Source: Kondoa subrosea
Lineage: Eukaryota
NCBI GenBank assembly: GCA_039545335.1
Contig: BCIN01000001.1
Location: 2,291,129-2,355,128 of the forward strand
Direction of reading: 5' to 3'
Length of the DNA: 64,000 nt
The translations under genes and the position numbers were made by a program. Under the pieces are notes generated by a model. That model saw nothing but the letters and a program-made list of their open reading frames with translations, searched no databases and had not been told where the DNA came from. This document shows, piece after piece, positions 1 through 13,200 of the stretch (within the stretch, counting starts at the first letter, position 1; the number at the start of each line of letters is the position of its first letter).

Positions 1-15
1 AGTTTCTCTACCTAG

Positions 16-578
16 GTGACCATCGTTTATGATCAACGGTCCCAACGCTCTCGCGGATTTGGTTTCATCGTCATGCGCGAGATTGAGGATGCCACCCGAG
101 CCATTGCCGACATGAACGGTCAAGTGAGGTTTTTCCAATACTGGTGCAACAATTTATACTGAACCATTGTGTTCAACAGGAATTACATGGTCGCCGCATT
201 CGTGTAGACTACTCAACCACCTCTCGACCTCATAACCCAACTCCAGGTCAGTATGTAAGCCAAATTCACAGTTTCCTGTTTCCTCTACTGCAGCTCATAG
301 CTATGGCTTAGATGGGCTATGTTCCAGCCGGGGGCGAAGCTCCACCACCAGCTGGTCGCGATGACAGAAGACCACCCAGAGATGATTACGATAGAAGCCG
401 TCGCGACCCGTACGAATCTAGAGGATCCCGATACGACGACAGAGACAGAGGTAGGGACAGAGATTACGACGATCGTCGAAGACGCTCTCCCAGCCCTCGC
501 CGACGTCGTTCGCCAAGCCCAGCTGCTCGCCGCTCTCCTCCTCCTCGCGACTCATACTCTAGGGATGATCGCTATTAG
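16..578 (+). CDS. Transformer-2-like SR/RRM splicing factor (5' part lies outside the window)
   Basis: Exons 16-123, 180-254 and 312-578 splice to ...VYDQRSQRSRGFGFIVM...[27 protein letters not shown]. This contains RNP1 (RGFGF) and the Tra2-type post-RRM motif, followed by an RD/RS-rich tail ending at TAG 576-578. Confidence 0.85.
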
Positions 579-1177
579 ATGGGAAGCCAAGTATGCAGAA
601 TGTCAAGGCATAGTCAAGGCATGGAAGGTTTCAAGGAGAAAAAAGAGGAAGCACGAAGGTTGCTCAAAAAAGGAATGAAACCTCGCATACCAAATCAAGT
701 CTTTTAGTGAAATAGAATGACTTTCCGCTCTCGTCTCAGCATAGCAAGCTTCACTCAAGGCACTGCTCGAAGTGAACAGAGAGAAGCTAACAGAAGATCA
801 GCAGCCTTTCTTGTGCTGAAGCCAAAGCCCGATTGACAAATATTCGTATCGCCGCAAGTGAAGTATTATCAAAGTCTCGATCCTTATTTATTCCCGGGAG
901 CTGCTGCTTCTGCTAGTGCGCTCAACATCGGTAAATGCCTTGCTATTATAGACACTTGCCTCATTGTTTAACATTGTCTGAAATTGATTGCGTTGCCTTT
1001 GCCTCTGTTTCCTTGTAATCTTCTTGCCTGACTGCTGAGAGCTTCAATGCGGGATCCTGACTTCGCCTTTTGGAAAGCTCGAGACGACGTGTGAAACTTA
1101 CAAAAAATTCGTTGTCGAAAATTCCGGCCCATTTTCTATCTTTTTCTCTTTCCCTCAAGCAGTCTTCCTCTCACATT

Positions 1178-2451
1178 ATGGGGTAGGTCGCAAGTGTATA
1201 CAAGACACAGACAACACTGACGGCTGCTTTCTGCTTCAAAGTATTGATCTAGCTCACCATCACGTTAAAAAGAGGCAGCGTCAAGCGCCAGCTTCCAAGG
1301 TTTGTCCCATGAAGATCGTTCTGACCAAGAGCTGAAGTCTTTTGTATACAGGACGTGGAACTCTTGCTCCTTGTCAAGGTGAGCTTCCTCGGTACACTTT
1401 CTAGTTTCTGCTCATTCTGCTATCGCAAAAAGCTTTACCGTTTCCTGGCTCGACGGACAGACTCTCGCTTCAACAAAGTCATTCTCCGTCGTCTATTCCA
1501 GTCCAGAATCAACCGTCCACCTGTCTCTGTTTCCCGTATATCTCGAGAGCTCAAGGGAAAGAAGGACAACCCAATCGTTGTCTGCGTTGCGACCATCACT
1601 GATGACAACCGCATCGCCGATGCCGACATTCCAGAAAAGGTCACTGTTGCAGCTCTTCGCTTCACAAAGACTGCCAAAGCGAGGTGAGGCTTTCACTCTT
1701 TGAATTTCTTCTTCTGGTTGCCTGCTTCTTCCCCAATCGGTCTGGGATTGCATGACTTTCGCGAGTTTGCAGCAGTGTTGAGCGAGTGACTGAAACCGAA
1801 AGACCAAGTGATTACAATAGCTCGATTAGCCTTTTCTGCGAAAGATGCTTTTGGAAAACTTTGAGTCTGAGGCCTTTTCAGATTGCGATACGAGTCATAC
1901 TCGGTAGCTCCCAGAGTCGGCTTCATCGACGATTACAAGCTTACCGCTTGGAAAGTCTGTCAACTGGTCTCATGCTTCGTGCATTTCCGTCAACCGAAGA
2001 GCTATTCATTGGTTGAAAGCTTCGACTCTCGGTTGCTATACACGTGTCACATGAATGCCGGGCTCTAACTCCGTCCGAACTGTTGCTTACTTTCGCGCGT
2101 GTCTATTACCTTCGCCAGAATTATCGCACGCGGTGGTGAAGCTTTGACTCTTGACCAACTTGCTCTCCGCGCACCAATTGGATCGAACACCCTCTTGCTT
2201 CGAGGTATCAAGAACACTCGTGAAGCCGTCAAGCACTTTGGCATGGGCCCTCACAAGGTTTGTATTTTCTCGCACATTTCAAGATGATCCACTAATGGTA
2301 TCGTGAAATCACAGCACAAGAAGCCTTATGTCATTTCCAAAGGCAGGAAAGAAGAACGCGCCAGAGGTCGCAGGAAGTCACGTGGTTACAAGGCCAAGTC
2401 AGTTGGTTTCTCTTTACTCGTTCCAATTTTGCTGAGAAATTGCGCAGCTGA
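1178..2451 (+). CDS. RPL18: 60S ribosomal protein eL18
   Basis: Spliced [12 protein letters not shown]...[35 protein letters not shown]...[15 protein letters not shown]...[28 protein letters not shown]. There are six introns, including a long one at 1684-2118. The last coding exon is C+TGA at 2448-2451. Confidence 0.97.
1799..1877 (+). ncRNA. Candidate intronic box C/D snoRNA in the RPL18 intron (target not identified)
   Basis: C-like box GTGATTA (1808-1814) and D box CTGA (1867-1870) are closed by a terminal stem AAAGACC (1799-1805)/GGCCTTT (1871-1877) with one mismatch. The C box deviates from RUGAUGA. Confidence 0.4.
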
Positions 2452-2717
2452 TTGTTTCTCGCACGACACGTTGCCGCGTGGCAGCACGCATCGGACACAT
2501 TGTACCTTGTGGAATGTTTTTCGCATATTCACCGTTTGCAATTGTACTTCGCTGCGTCTGCCATGTTTTCACATTGTTCATGTTGTATTGTGTCGACTTT
2601 TGCCATGCACCGTTCACAGTCGCAACACGACTAGGCCTGATCACATCTATTTGGCACTTAATGTGCGTGCTAAGACCAGTACAGGAGGTAGCGGTGCAAC
2701 ATGTTGGGAGTATCAAT

Positions 2718-4114
2718 TTACTCCGCTACATCTTTAGTATCAACCCACGGGGCTATAAAATCAGCTGCTACGTTCGTAATATTATTGTCATCCTGGGCAT
2801 GATGGGCTCAGCCATGACGACTTGTACAGAGACAGGGCTTGACATACATCGTCAAAAATGACCTTGTATATTGGCCGCTAAATGATGAAGAATCAATATT
2901 TCAACCGCTACCGACAACAGTATACAATTCACCTTCGTTTGGATAGGTGATGCTGCAACTCGGGCGTGATAGAATGAAGTCGTTTCTGGATACAAAGCCA
3001 TCACTTCCGCACCCGGAGGGTAATCTGCTGGATAAGTATTGCGATCTCTTGTGTCGGGTAGAGGTATAAGAGATCGTATTGTGGTTGAATAAATTCTGTT
3101 TGCCGAGATTGTTAGCTTATATTCAGACATGATATGTCTGTGGAGATTACTGACTTCCCGGGATTGCCATCGTCTCCCTCGACATCCTGCACATCGTATC
3201 TAGAGGTCCTGAAGTGTCAGATAGGAACATGAACTGCATTTGCAGGCAATTACCGACCTCGTCTTGTCGTTGTTGATGGTCTTGACTACTTTAGCCAAAA
3301 TCCAAGACTGGTTATCTTCGGATGGATCTGCATCGGGTGCTCGAAAGGCAACGGGTCTTCCGGCCATCAGTGGCAGTTGAGTGACGCCTGGTTTTTTGGG
3401 CAGAGACGGTGCTGATTTGGGAACTGAGCTGATAGCTGGACTAGAACGACGGCTCCCATTATTTGATGTAAGGGATTTGTTGAAGGAAGGGCTTGGTGCA
3501 TTGATCACAGAGGACTTGCTGCCATCGCGCCTCATATTTGCGGACGCTGCTGTTGTTACATTGACCGTCATATCAGGCGGCGCAGGTGAAGCGGTGTCGA
3601 GGCGTCGCTTCTTACGCTTGTCTGGACAAAGACAAAAACATGTTCACAAGCGGAAGTACTGACGCAAGTGACAATGACATACCGAGTATCGTTTGGGATA
3701 CAGGCTCAGGTATGGCTGAACGAGTAGTTATAAGCCCAGCCAGGGTTTCGAGTGCTTCGCTAACACATCTTGAACGGCAAATTACAGTTCAGGGAACATT
3801 GTTGCTAGCTCGACTTCGGCTTACCTATTCTCCTCGTTAATGTCCCGCTTAGCAACTTCATATGCCCTCTCCAACTTTGGTCGCACAATGGCAATAGGTT
3901 CCGTTTCTCCCTGTAGCGAGGCTTGGAGAACATTGACTTGCTTTAAGTTCTGACCGCTGCGTGCTTGAAGACTTTGATATGCTTGAATTTTACTTATTAC
4001 GGTAGACCAAGTCTGGGCGTCTGAGCTAGATATTGAGAGGAGTATTGCAACAAACGAGAAACAATGCTGACCGCTGAAGGTTCTCGCAGACGCGTGAGCG
4101 GGTAGCTGGCTCAT
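2718..4114 (-). CDS. SGF29: SAGA-associated factor 29 (tandem Tudor H3K4me reader)
   Basis: N-terminal helical region followed by GRPVAFR...WILAKVVK...YDVQDVE and YPPGAEVMALYPETTSFYHARV...YKVIFDDD, typical of the SGF29 Tudor pair. The gene is multi-exon with stop TAA at 2718-2720. Confidence 0.85.
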
Positions 4115-4370
4115 GTTTAAAGTGGAAAAGGCGATCAACTATACCGCAAGTGAGCGCAATATAAAAGTGGTATGGTTTCGAAAGACAGAGCCAATAATTA
4201 TAGATTACATCAGCACTAGACCGTGGTTATGCTTCTTCAGTGGTATCAACAGCTTGACAGCAGGGTATCGCTCCCATTAGTACATAATCACCAAACAAAA
4301 CCCAAATGAGCTGGGCAAGAAGTGGTTAGCTAGAAAGCAATGCTGCTATCGAGATTTGCTATACCTCTAA

Positions 4371-6101
4371 TCATTGCGCATGCAACTCATTCTTTTGCAA
4401 ATCGGGCTCTTCCCCGTATGGACTGGGAAGCCTGGAATTCATGGATTTCATTTCTGCGAGCGGTTGGTCTTCGAGCCCACGGTACGACACCGTTGCAGAC
4501 GAGGTCGTGCCAATCTCAGACTTCTGGCGATTTCCATGAGAAGACGACGTGGCTACAAAGTGACTCTTGCGCGCTTGCTTTGTAAAGTCGTAAATCAGGA
4601 AATTCTCTTCGCATGATCTCAGATCCGCTGAAAGACCTGAGATGTCCACATTTGGATTTCTCTTTCTAGCCTTCAGAGGCTGTTAAAATGTGGTCAGATA
4701 GAGCAAGCTTTCGTTGCTTCATCGCTCACATTATCCTCCAGCAACAGCTCTTCAAGCTCATGAGTGGCATCGAAGTTTGCCTTCTTTGACTGTTGAAGAT
4801 TTCAGCGAGGGCAATGCCTTCGCTACGTGGAACATACATCAGGCTCGAAAGGTGGAGTAAGCTGTTTTGCCTCGAGTTTGACCCAATCCAAGCCATTGAA
4901 CCATGGATGCGCCATCAGCGTCTGAAGCCCGCCGGACCCTTTGCAGCCCAATCGTTTAGCTACGTCTCGTTCAAGCAGCTGTTGACACGGCGATGAGTCT
5001 GAAAACGAAGCGCCAATGCCCTGCAAGGCTTACTCTTTGCAAAAAGTCATTCCCAGCTGAACTGATGGCTAGTGAAGTTGAAGGTAATTCTGGGAAACGA
5101 AGTGGTTCGCGTAATATTGCGCTTGTTAGGCTTGAATTGGTTTTTCCTCTAAACGGTCTTTTGCCGTATAGCAGCTCAAAAGCAACCACGCCGAGGGACC
5201 ACCAATCGATAGTAGCGAAATACCCACGCTTGCTAAGGACCTCAGGCGCTGGAGACGCAGTACATATATCAGGAAATTTTTCAAGGGGGGGGGGGAAAAG
5301 AGGCGAGAAAGCGAACCCATATACGCCATAGAACCTGCTACACTTGTCAGCGCCCTCTTCTCTGTGAAATGCACTGCAATATTGAAGTCCGTCAAATGGG
5401 CATTGCCTTTCTCGTCTAGCAAAACGTTATCTGGTTTCAAATCCCTGGCCAAGAAGAACGTTTAGCTTTTGTCTGCGTTGGACGAGAAAGAAGCGCGCCG
5501 ATGGACTATGCCTTTCTTATGCAGATAATCCAGAGCTAGCGCCAGCTCCGCCACAAAGAAGCGGACCATTTCTTCTGACATGTTGCCCATTCGATCCAGA
5601 TGGAATCTCAGATCACCGCCCAGCATCAGATCCAGAACCATGAACAGATTCTCGTCATCTTGAAAAGCGTATCGCAGGTTGCATACGAAGGGCGAATCTA
5701 TCTCTTCTAATAATCTTCGCTCTTGTATTATATTTGAGACTGCTCTTTGTTTCACGCATCCTGACACTCCCACAATAAGTAATGACGAAGTAGCAGCAGA
5801 TAGCTATGTACTCTGTTTGTTTATGTACTTCAAAGCGTACAGAGCTTTGGTCTGCTTGTGCTGAACAACTCTGACCTGGTACAAGGTAATCAGTTTGTAT
5901 CACGCATAATGTTCGACATCTGCTCAAGTGCCTACCTTTCCAAAGGCCCCCTTTCCAACACTTCGAAGTAAGAAGAAATGCCACAGGTCGACTGGACCGT
6001 CGAAATCAATCTCCTTCGATGTCCAAACTCATATCAGCTGGCGTGCGCAGATTCTTGCGTAGATCACTGACTTCTGGAGCGCAACACAGGCTTTGTCCCA
6101 T
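4371..6101 (-). CDS. AGC-group Ser/Thr kinase, YANK/STK32-like
   Basis: Spliced MGQSLCCAPE|EIDFDGPVDLWHFFLLRSVGKGAFGK...ERRLLEEIDSPFVCNLRYAFQDDENLFMVLDLMLGGDLRFHL...HRDLKPDNVLLDEKGNAHLTDFNIA...NFDATHELEELLLEDNPLKARK. The DFN motif and the C-tail are characteristic of YANK kinases. Confidence 0.85.
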
Positions 6102-6352
6102 AGCCGCGAGATTGGCTTAATGAAGCAAAAGACCCAGATTGTCGAGCCGAGTCGCAGCTTCGAGTTCTGGTAGAGGACTCTTGTGCTTGATAGAAATGTC
6201 TGTAGCTGAATCAAGGGTATAGATGCCAATATGCTGGTATGAAAATCAATTGCAGGGTCATGGAGCAAGAAAGGCTCGCGACAGTTTGAATTCGATTAAG
6301 CTTTGTAACTACAAACAACAAAATACATTGTACATGCTCTACTGTACAGGAC

Positions 6353-9300
6353 TCATCTTCTTTCCTTTACAAAGAGTTGTAGTGCGAGATACGATGAGAC
6401 GGTGAAGATGGTAAATAGAACGACAAGGGTTGACACGTCTGGCCACCAGAAGGCCTCTGCGCGAACCAATAGCATGGGTCAGATAACGGCACATATACAG
6501 AGCGGAGAGTCATACGAGCGCGGAAACCAAACAAACTTAGGATAGTAGCTGAAGGGACCTAAGATGGGCCTTTGTGTTAGACGATGAAATTTCATCGCTG
6601 AGGTGCGACTGACTTCGATATCCACGCCATAACGATGCTCTTTTAGCTGCAGGTATCTGACCTCGTTCACCAGCAGCGATTCATATGCCGCGTGAAAGAA
6701 GGAGAAATTCTGCATCCAAGCTGTTCCATAAGGCATCTTGTCTTTGTTGATTAATAAACCAGCAAAAAGAAGACTGTTGATCCGCGTGCGCGTCAGGAAG
6801 TGTATCTAGAGGCAAGAAGGCAAGAACGACGTACTTAAACAGCATGACCAAACTTCCGATCAGGTTGGCAACTCCGCTATCGCTGATGATAATACTTATA
6901 AAGAAGACTACGCTGCTGGCTACCAAGTTGAAGAGAACAAGGACCAAAATGAATTTCCAGAATTCTGGCACCGCGGCAACCAGACCAACGGGCTTGTAGA
7001 CGATCGCGCCGAGGATAAAAGGAGGAACAACTCGCAGGGGCAGGATGTCGAATAATATTTTAGCAGCGAAGTAAGTGACAGGAGAGTAGTAGCCATTTGC
7101 CCTGGCAGTGACAGTCAGAACGAAAGTCAAGAACTCCGCACTGCTTACCTCTCTCTCATGAAAAGCATGCGCTCGTTCGCAAAGACACCTAAGGAGGTGA
7201 GGCAAGAGAATCCGAAGAGAGCGAGAATGAAGAAGAATAAACCCATGCGGTTCTGAAATCCTTTAATGTCATCCCTATTGCAAAATTCAATCATTGTACT
7301 CCTTCGAGGAAGCAGAGCACTAACGTTACGCCCGCAAATAGCAAGGAGCAGATGACTGTAAGAACCTTCAAGTCAGCTCCCGTCGGTCAAGAGATGCAAA
7401 TGACTCACGAGCCAGAGCGATTGAGACTGCATAATGCGACAGCATCAACAGCGGATTCCGATACAGATTTTTGAAAGCTCTTCCGCTGAGTATCCGGAAT
7501 TGTGTCCACCAGCTTGCTCTTCTGTAGCTTACAAGCAGGTCGTCTTTCTGATCTTTCCCATTGACAGGAAGCGCAGTCGCGGCTGCGGCGGAGATAGTCA
7601 TCTTTCTTACGCCTTCCGCAATTTCGCTCGATTCATATGAATGAATCAATGATTCGAGTTTCTTGGACAGTGTGCGGCCCGTAGCGTTGAAATCAGCGAT
7701 GGATGCCTTGTTTTTCAGTCGTATATCGTGTTTATGCAATTTGAGTGATCCCTGCCGTATGGCCAGCTCTTCTTCGGATGCAGAGGGTTGAGATCTCAAC
7801 GAGGGGTCTGGATCTAGCCCCGTCTCCTCACGTTGCGATGTTTGATCAACTGGTCAAGCATATCAGCACGCATGCTCGGCTATGCCGACTGCACATACTG
7901 AGAAAATCAGCGATATTGTAGCCAGCGGGACAAGGATATCCAATGCTTTGAAAGTGATCTTGACACTTTGAAAGTGGTCCAGAATAGACAGTCCGACCTT
8001 GGGCTAACAAGACGAGGTGATCGAAAAGAGCCACAATATTGCTTCGAGGCTGATGAATTGTGAACACGACGGTGCGCCCGTAATTTCTGGCAAGTAATGC
8101 GAGCGACTCGACCACATTGTAGGCGTTGTAGGAATCGAGACCTTTTGTACGCGGTTATTGGTAGTTCGATAGGTTTAAAGCGATACAACTGACCACTTGT
8201 TGGCTCGTCCAAAAACAAGATAGATGGCGATGTAACCAGTTCGCAAGCAATGCTTACCCTTCTTTTCTCGCCGCCGGAAATCGATCTTCTCCCGGTCTCG
8301 CCAATCCGCGAGTCTCTTATCGACAAGATGCCTAGTTCGCGCAATGTTTCTAAGGTTCGGTCCCGCTTGGCTTCATAGGACATCTCCCGCGGCAATCGAA
8401 GCAATGCAGAGTACAAGACAGTTTCATAGACGGTTAGGGTCGCCATCAAAGTGTCTTCTTGATCCACAAAGCCGATCAACCTTTTGTACTGGGCGTTGGT
8501 GAGCTTCTGTCCGCCAACGAGCGTTTCTCCGGAAGCTTGACCGTGTTTAGCTTTGCGAGCCAGTATGTCCAGGAAAGTAGATTTGCCTGCGCCAGAAGAA
8601 CCAACAACCGCCATAATCTCGCCAGCTTGTACCGCTCCGCTCACGTTGGACAGTATTTGCAGTCCATTAAGGGAATAGGATATGTTAGAGAATTGTAACG
8701 GCGCAGGTGCACGTTCGCTTGCGCAGTTATCGTTGTCGGGAAGACGAATAGCTCCATGCTTGTACGACATCTTGTGTGCTCGACCCAGATACCAGAACAC
8801 TGCGCGAAACTCAGCATCGACGGCCTCGTAAAATCAAACAAACCTACGGAGACAAGCAATCAATACCACGAATCCAGCTAATGCTATACTCAGCGCGACT
8901 AGCTTGCTATTGTCGGGAGGCGATGGCCGCTGTCATTGTCGGCACAAATATTTAGCATGCGCAAAGCTATGCTTTCCTCTTAACTCACCACGAAGCCAGG
9001 CACTTCTGAATAATGCATGCATTCTCCAGCATCGCAAGTCAGGGTGATGTACGTGTCACCAAAGATGTCGTTGATTAGGTTATTCATGGCAGGCTCTTCG
9101 AACTTGCAGTTCTTTCCGTCTGTCGCACAGGAGAACTTGCCCGGGCCTTTGACTTCTTCTGACAAGAAATCGCCAATATCTGATGTTGTCGTACTCCGAA
9201 TCAGAGCTTGTCGTCGAGATAAAACGACTGCTTCTTACCCACCGAACCAGCTTCTCCGCAGAGCATTCTTTCAGGTATACAGCTGCACTGCATATGTCCA

Positions 9301-10114
9301 CACCTGTACTCCGTTCGATTGCTACCGGCACTTGCAAATGCTTGAACATCGCAATCTTGCAAATTACAGTAGAAAGACTCGATCTTACCAATCCAGAATT
9401 GGAAAGAACATGTATCGCTTGCGCGATCACAAGAAAACGTTACTTGCGGTTTGCGATCGGGCAGCATATCGAGGATCTTGCGATCTAATATAATGGTCAG
9501 ATGTAGTACAAGGAGCAGGATCGTGTTGCTTAGCATACTCGTTACATCGCACATCTGGTGTACTCTTCTGACGGCATAACCTCCTTTGTAACACACCGCT
9601 CCATTTGACGGATCTTCGGGCGACGCAAGAATTTCTGATGGTGATCTGACGCCAATGAGAGCGCTGCAGGCTTTGCCCGTTTCGCACACTATCATATCGA
9701 ATGAGAATCGAGATATCCGCATTATCAATCATTTGCTCTACCGTTGCAGTTCAAGCCTGACCATCCATCGCTGCATTCGCAGTCCTCCCCTGTTCTGATT
9801 CGACGATTTGCGCCTTGCGCAGGCGAATCGCACACTGGGAGCAGCATTGCAACGTCAGTACCAGGCTTCAAGGTGCTGACGCGGGCAAGAAACTCACAGG
9901 GCTGACTACAGTCTTCTCCTCCGAAGCCTTCTGCGCAAGAACATTGTCCATCATAGCCCAGGCAGGTACTGTTGTTGATGCAGTCGAATGCTGGTTTCGT
10001 ACAATCGAACCGCGAAGGACAAGGCGGACATCTGTCTTCTAGGAGCTGGTACAAAGCCTGCGATCGCGCGAGCATCGGGCCCGTCAGCACGATCAACGCC
10101 AGCAGCGCGATCAT
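6353..10114 (-). CDS. ADP1: ADP1-type ABCG half transporter with N-terminal EGF-like domains
   Basis: Signal peptide, Cys-rich EGF repeats ([24 protein letters not shown]), Walker [10 protein letters not shown], signature [12 protein letters not shown], Walker [10 protein letters not shown] and an ABC2 membrane domain. The protein ends ...FVKERR* (TGA 6353-6355). Confidence 0.92.
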
Positions 10115-10276
10115 GATGATACTCGGTTGTATTCGAAAGACACATTGTCACTCATCATAAGAACTTGCTATTTCACAATATTACACATACAACATCTCTA
10201 TAGTGCGTGCGCTGACTATGTACCATCTAAATGACAAACAATCGCTCTGACTATTCTAATGAAATCGGGTTGACAA

Positions 10277-13200
10277 TTAAGGAGGAACAAGATCAATGGG
10301 ACTTGACAGTTTCTCGTGTGTCGGTCTTCGCCGGCGAGACTTGAAATCCAGCTCGACCAATTCGTCTTGCTCGGCTTCAGACTCTCCATCATGCTCTACA
10401 TCCGCGTCGTCGCCCGAATATATGCCTGCATCGTCTCTTGCACCTGCCGAAACCGGTGAAGTGTCGCCGAAGTTCAAAGCTCTTGCTGAAGGACTTGACA
10501 TGGGATGTCGCGGATGAAATTGGCCGGTCAGGACTTCGGCAATTTGCAAGTGTCCGAGTGCTTTGGGTGTTGTAATTTCTTCTTCCTCAGGTGGCTCGTC
10601 AACGCTGCCATTCCTGGGTGTCGGTGCTACATCGCCATATCGCCATCCATTACCTGAATTCCATGCCAATGCATTTGTAGAGCCTGCATTGGGATCGATC
10701 TCCTCCAATTCAGATAGCGAGTCATCGCTGAAATTCTGTTCGATATCATCTTCATCCTCTAAATTTTCCTCCTCTGCATCTGGCGTTTTCAGCTTCCGAC
10801 CGAAGGCATCGAAATCTGCGCGTTCCATATCGGGAATTGACGATGTCGAGCGCGAGTTGATAGCATATAGACTTGTCGGGTTGACTGATTCCGCGTCGGT
10901 GTCTTCTTCTGTGCCGGAGATATCAGACCTGCCTGATCGTCGACCTCGAATCGGCCCTGGACTACTGCTGGGAGTTCGATAGCCAGTTTTCAGCCGATCC
11001 CATACATATCGGATAGAAAGCTTGCTTTCGAGATCGCTCGCTGTTGGATTATGTGGCGGAGAAGTAGCTCGGTCCGTATCTCTACATGAAGAGAAAGACT
11101 TCCTAGGCGATAGCTCTCCGGCCAAATTTGACTCTGTAACGAATTCAGCTGCTGAGATTGGCCGACGAATGAAGGGAGCATCCAAGCCACTCATCAAAGT
11201 TGTGTTGCGATCGAAAACGGAGGCCGATGTACCAGCCGAGCTGCCAGACAGGGAACGTGACAGCACAGGAGTGGGACCTGTGCTTGGTGTATGACTTTTC
11301 GATGGTGCTCCTTTGCTATCGGGGGCTGTAGCTTTATTACGCATAGACCATTTGCGACCTATCGCAGAATCAACTTGAGGTGGTGGAGAAGAAGCGTTGC
11401 GTGCTCGCTGGCTGATACTACTTGTCTGACGGCTGGCAACTCGCGTGGAGGACCCTTCCGACCAAACGTCTGGTTGACTGGATATCGCGCTTGTACTATT
11501 ACTGTCGGCAGAGGGCCTTCTTGAACGCATAGCATTGCCGAATCTGGTCATCGCCCGTTTCAGCGATCCCCGTAAGCCAGACTTATCGCTCGAGTTGAAA
11601 CGATCGGCTGTCGCATGGCGCACATCTTCGGTGGTGATCGTTACCGCTGGAGCATGGGCAGGATTGGTAGCGTCCACCCACTTTTCAGGATTGTCGAGTT
11701 TCCGCAGAAGCCATGGATGGGTCTATAACATCTCGATATAAGCAATGGTGATCACACGGGCATCCGAGAGTGTTGCCGACCTTGACCTCTGCTAGAGAAA
11801 TTCGCTTCAAAGGATCCTTTTCTAATAGTCTCGAGAGTAAATCAATAATCTCCTTCCCTTCTACGCCTTCAGCAGAAAGGTGATCGGCTCCGATCCATTC
11901 TGGAATAGCTGCTTCCTGCCTCGGAATGATGTTGTAGAGCATATATTCAGTTTCCGCTCGAAAAGGAGTGTTGCCGAAAAGTAGGCAGTAGAGCGTTACA
12001 CCTAGTGCCCAGATGTCGATCGCTTTCCCGACTGGCGGTGGACTGGACTGATGATGTTTGTCTTTATCTTGAGTAGGATAGGAGGAGGACAGGACAGGTC
12101 GAGAGATGGTGGTAATGGTTCGGCTAGATAGTGGCCGTTCCTTAAGACGCATCGGTCGGCTCTGCTCGAAAGAGCCAGCGAAGATATCGCGATCGCCAGC
12201 AATACGAGAAGGACTCTCTTGCGGGAGTCCAAAGGGAGTGTGCACAGGAGAATCAGCTGAATAGCAAAGCTCCGGGGCAAAGAAAGCTGGACTGCCTGCC
12301 GTTTTTCGTAATGCTGCACCGTCAGTGAGAGAGCCACCTTCGGTGCGAGAGAGGGCATCAGAAAGATGAGAAACCCCAAAGTCCGATATTTTCACGCAAG
12401 AGTGACTATCGTCTGTCCATAATAGATTGGCCGGTTTAATATCTCGGTGGATGATTCCTTGATAGTGTACTGTTATTTTGTCAGCCTGCAACAAGAAGTT
12501 TTCAGCGTTCGACATACAATATTCCAGACCCAGTACGACATCTCGAAAGGTGCGCCTAGCTTCGTCGACAGTCATTGCAGGTTCGCTGTATCCGTTCGGA
12601 TTCTGCCAAAGAATTTGGCCTCCACCGAGGTATTCGAGAACCATGAAAATCTTTTTGCTTTGAGGGTCATTGATCACTTCTTTGAGCTTTACCACGTGCT
12701 TATGATGGCATCTTGTATTCCCTTGAGTCATAGATCGCAAATGACATGCGCAAACTCACCGCTTCATTATCGCTATCTCCTGTCTGACTTTCTCATCCAT
12801 CTGCAAAGGACTCCGCCTGACCCTCTGTCGTGTCATGTACAAGCCGGCAACAGGACCCACACCTTCGTGAGCTTGAGAGCGCTCCTGTGTGATGGCGGCC
12901 GATGATGCCGCAGGAGAAGACAGATCAGAGCCTTGATACTGCTGCTGCATCTCATCCTCCGCATAAGTGAGTCTTCTGATGCTGCCAGAAGATCCAACCA
13001 GCTGATCTGTATTGATCGGAGGCAGAAATCCTTCCTTCTGGGCCTGCGTTTCACGCGGGGTCGGAAGATTGCTATCGGTACTCGACTTTTGCGAATGCGT
13101 CTTTGACGATGATGGGATAACGATGGGCTTCAACCCCGGAGCATTACTTCCGTGCTGCGTCAGTTGCGCCTTCTTCAGATTCCGCTGTGGTTCTTCTCGA

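Noticed and set aside
1888..2045. H/ACA snoRNA reading of the RPL18 intron (ATACGA as H box, ACA at 2040-2042)
   Set aside because: The position 14-15 nt upstream of ACA falls inside a helix, so there is no pseudouridylation pocket, and the hairpin is oversized.
5285..5295. Run of 11 G
   Set aside because: It lies in a kinase intron, reading as poly-C on the coding strand. It is a simple homopolymer with no effect on the frame.
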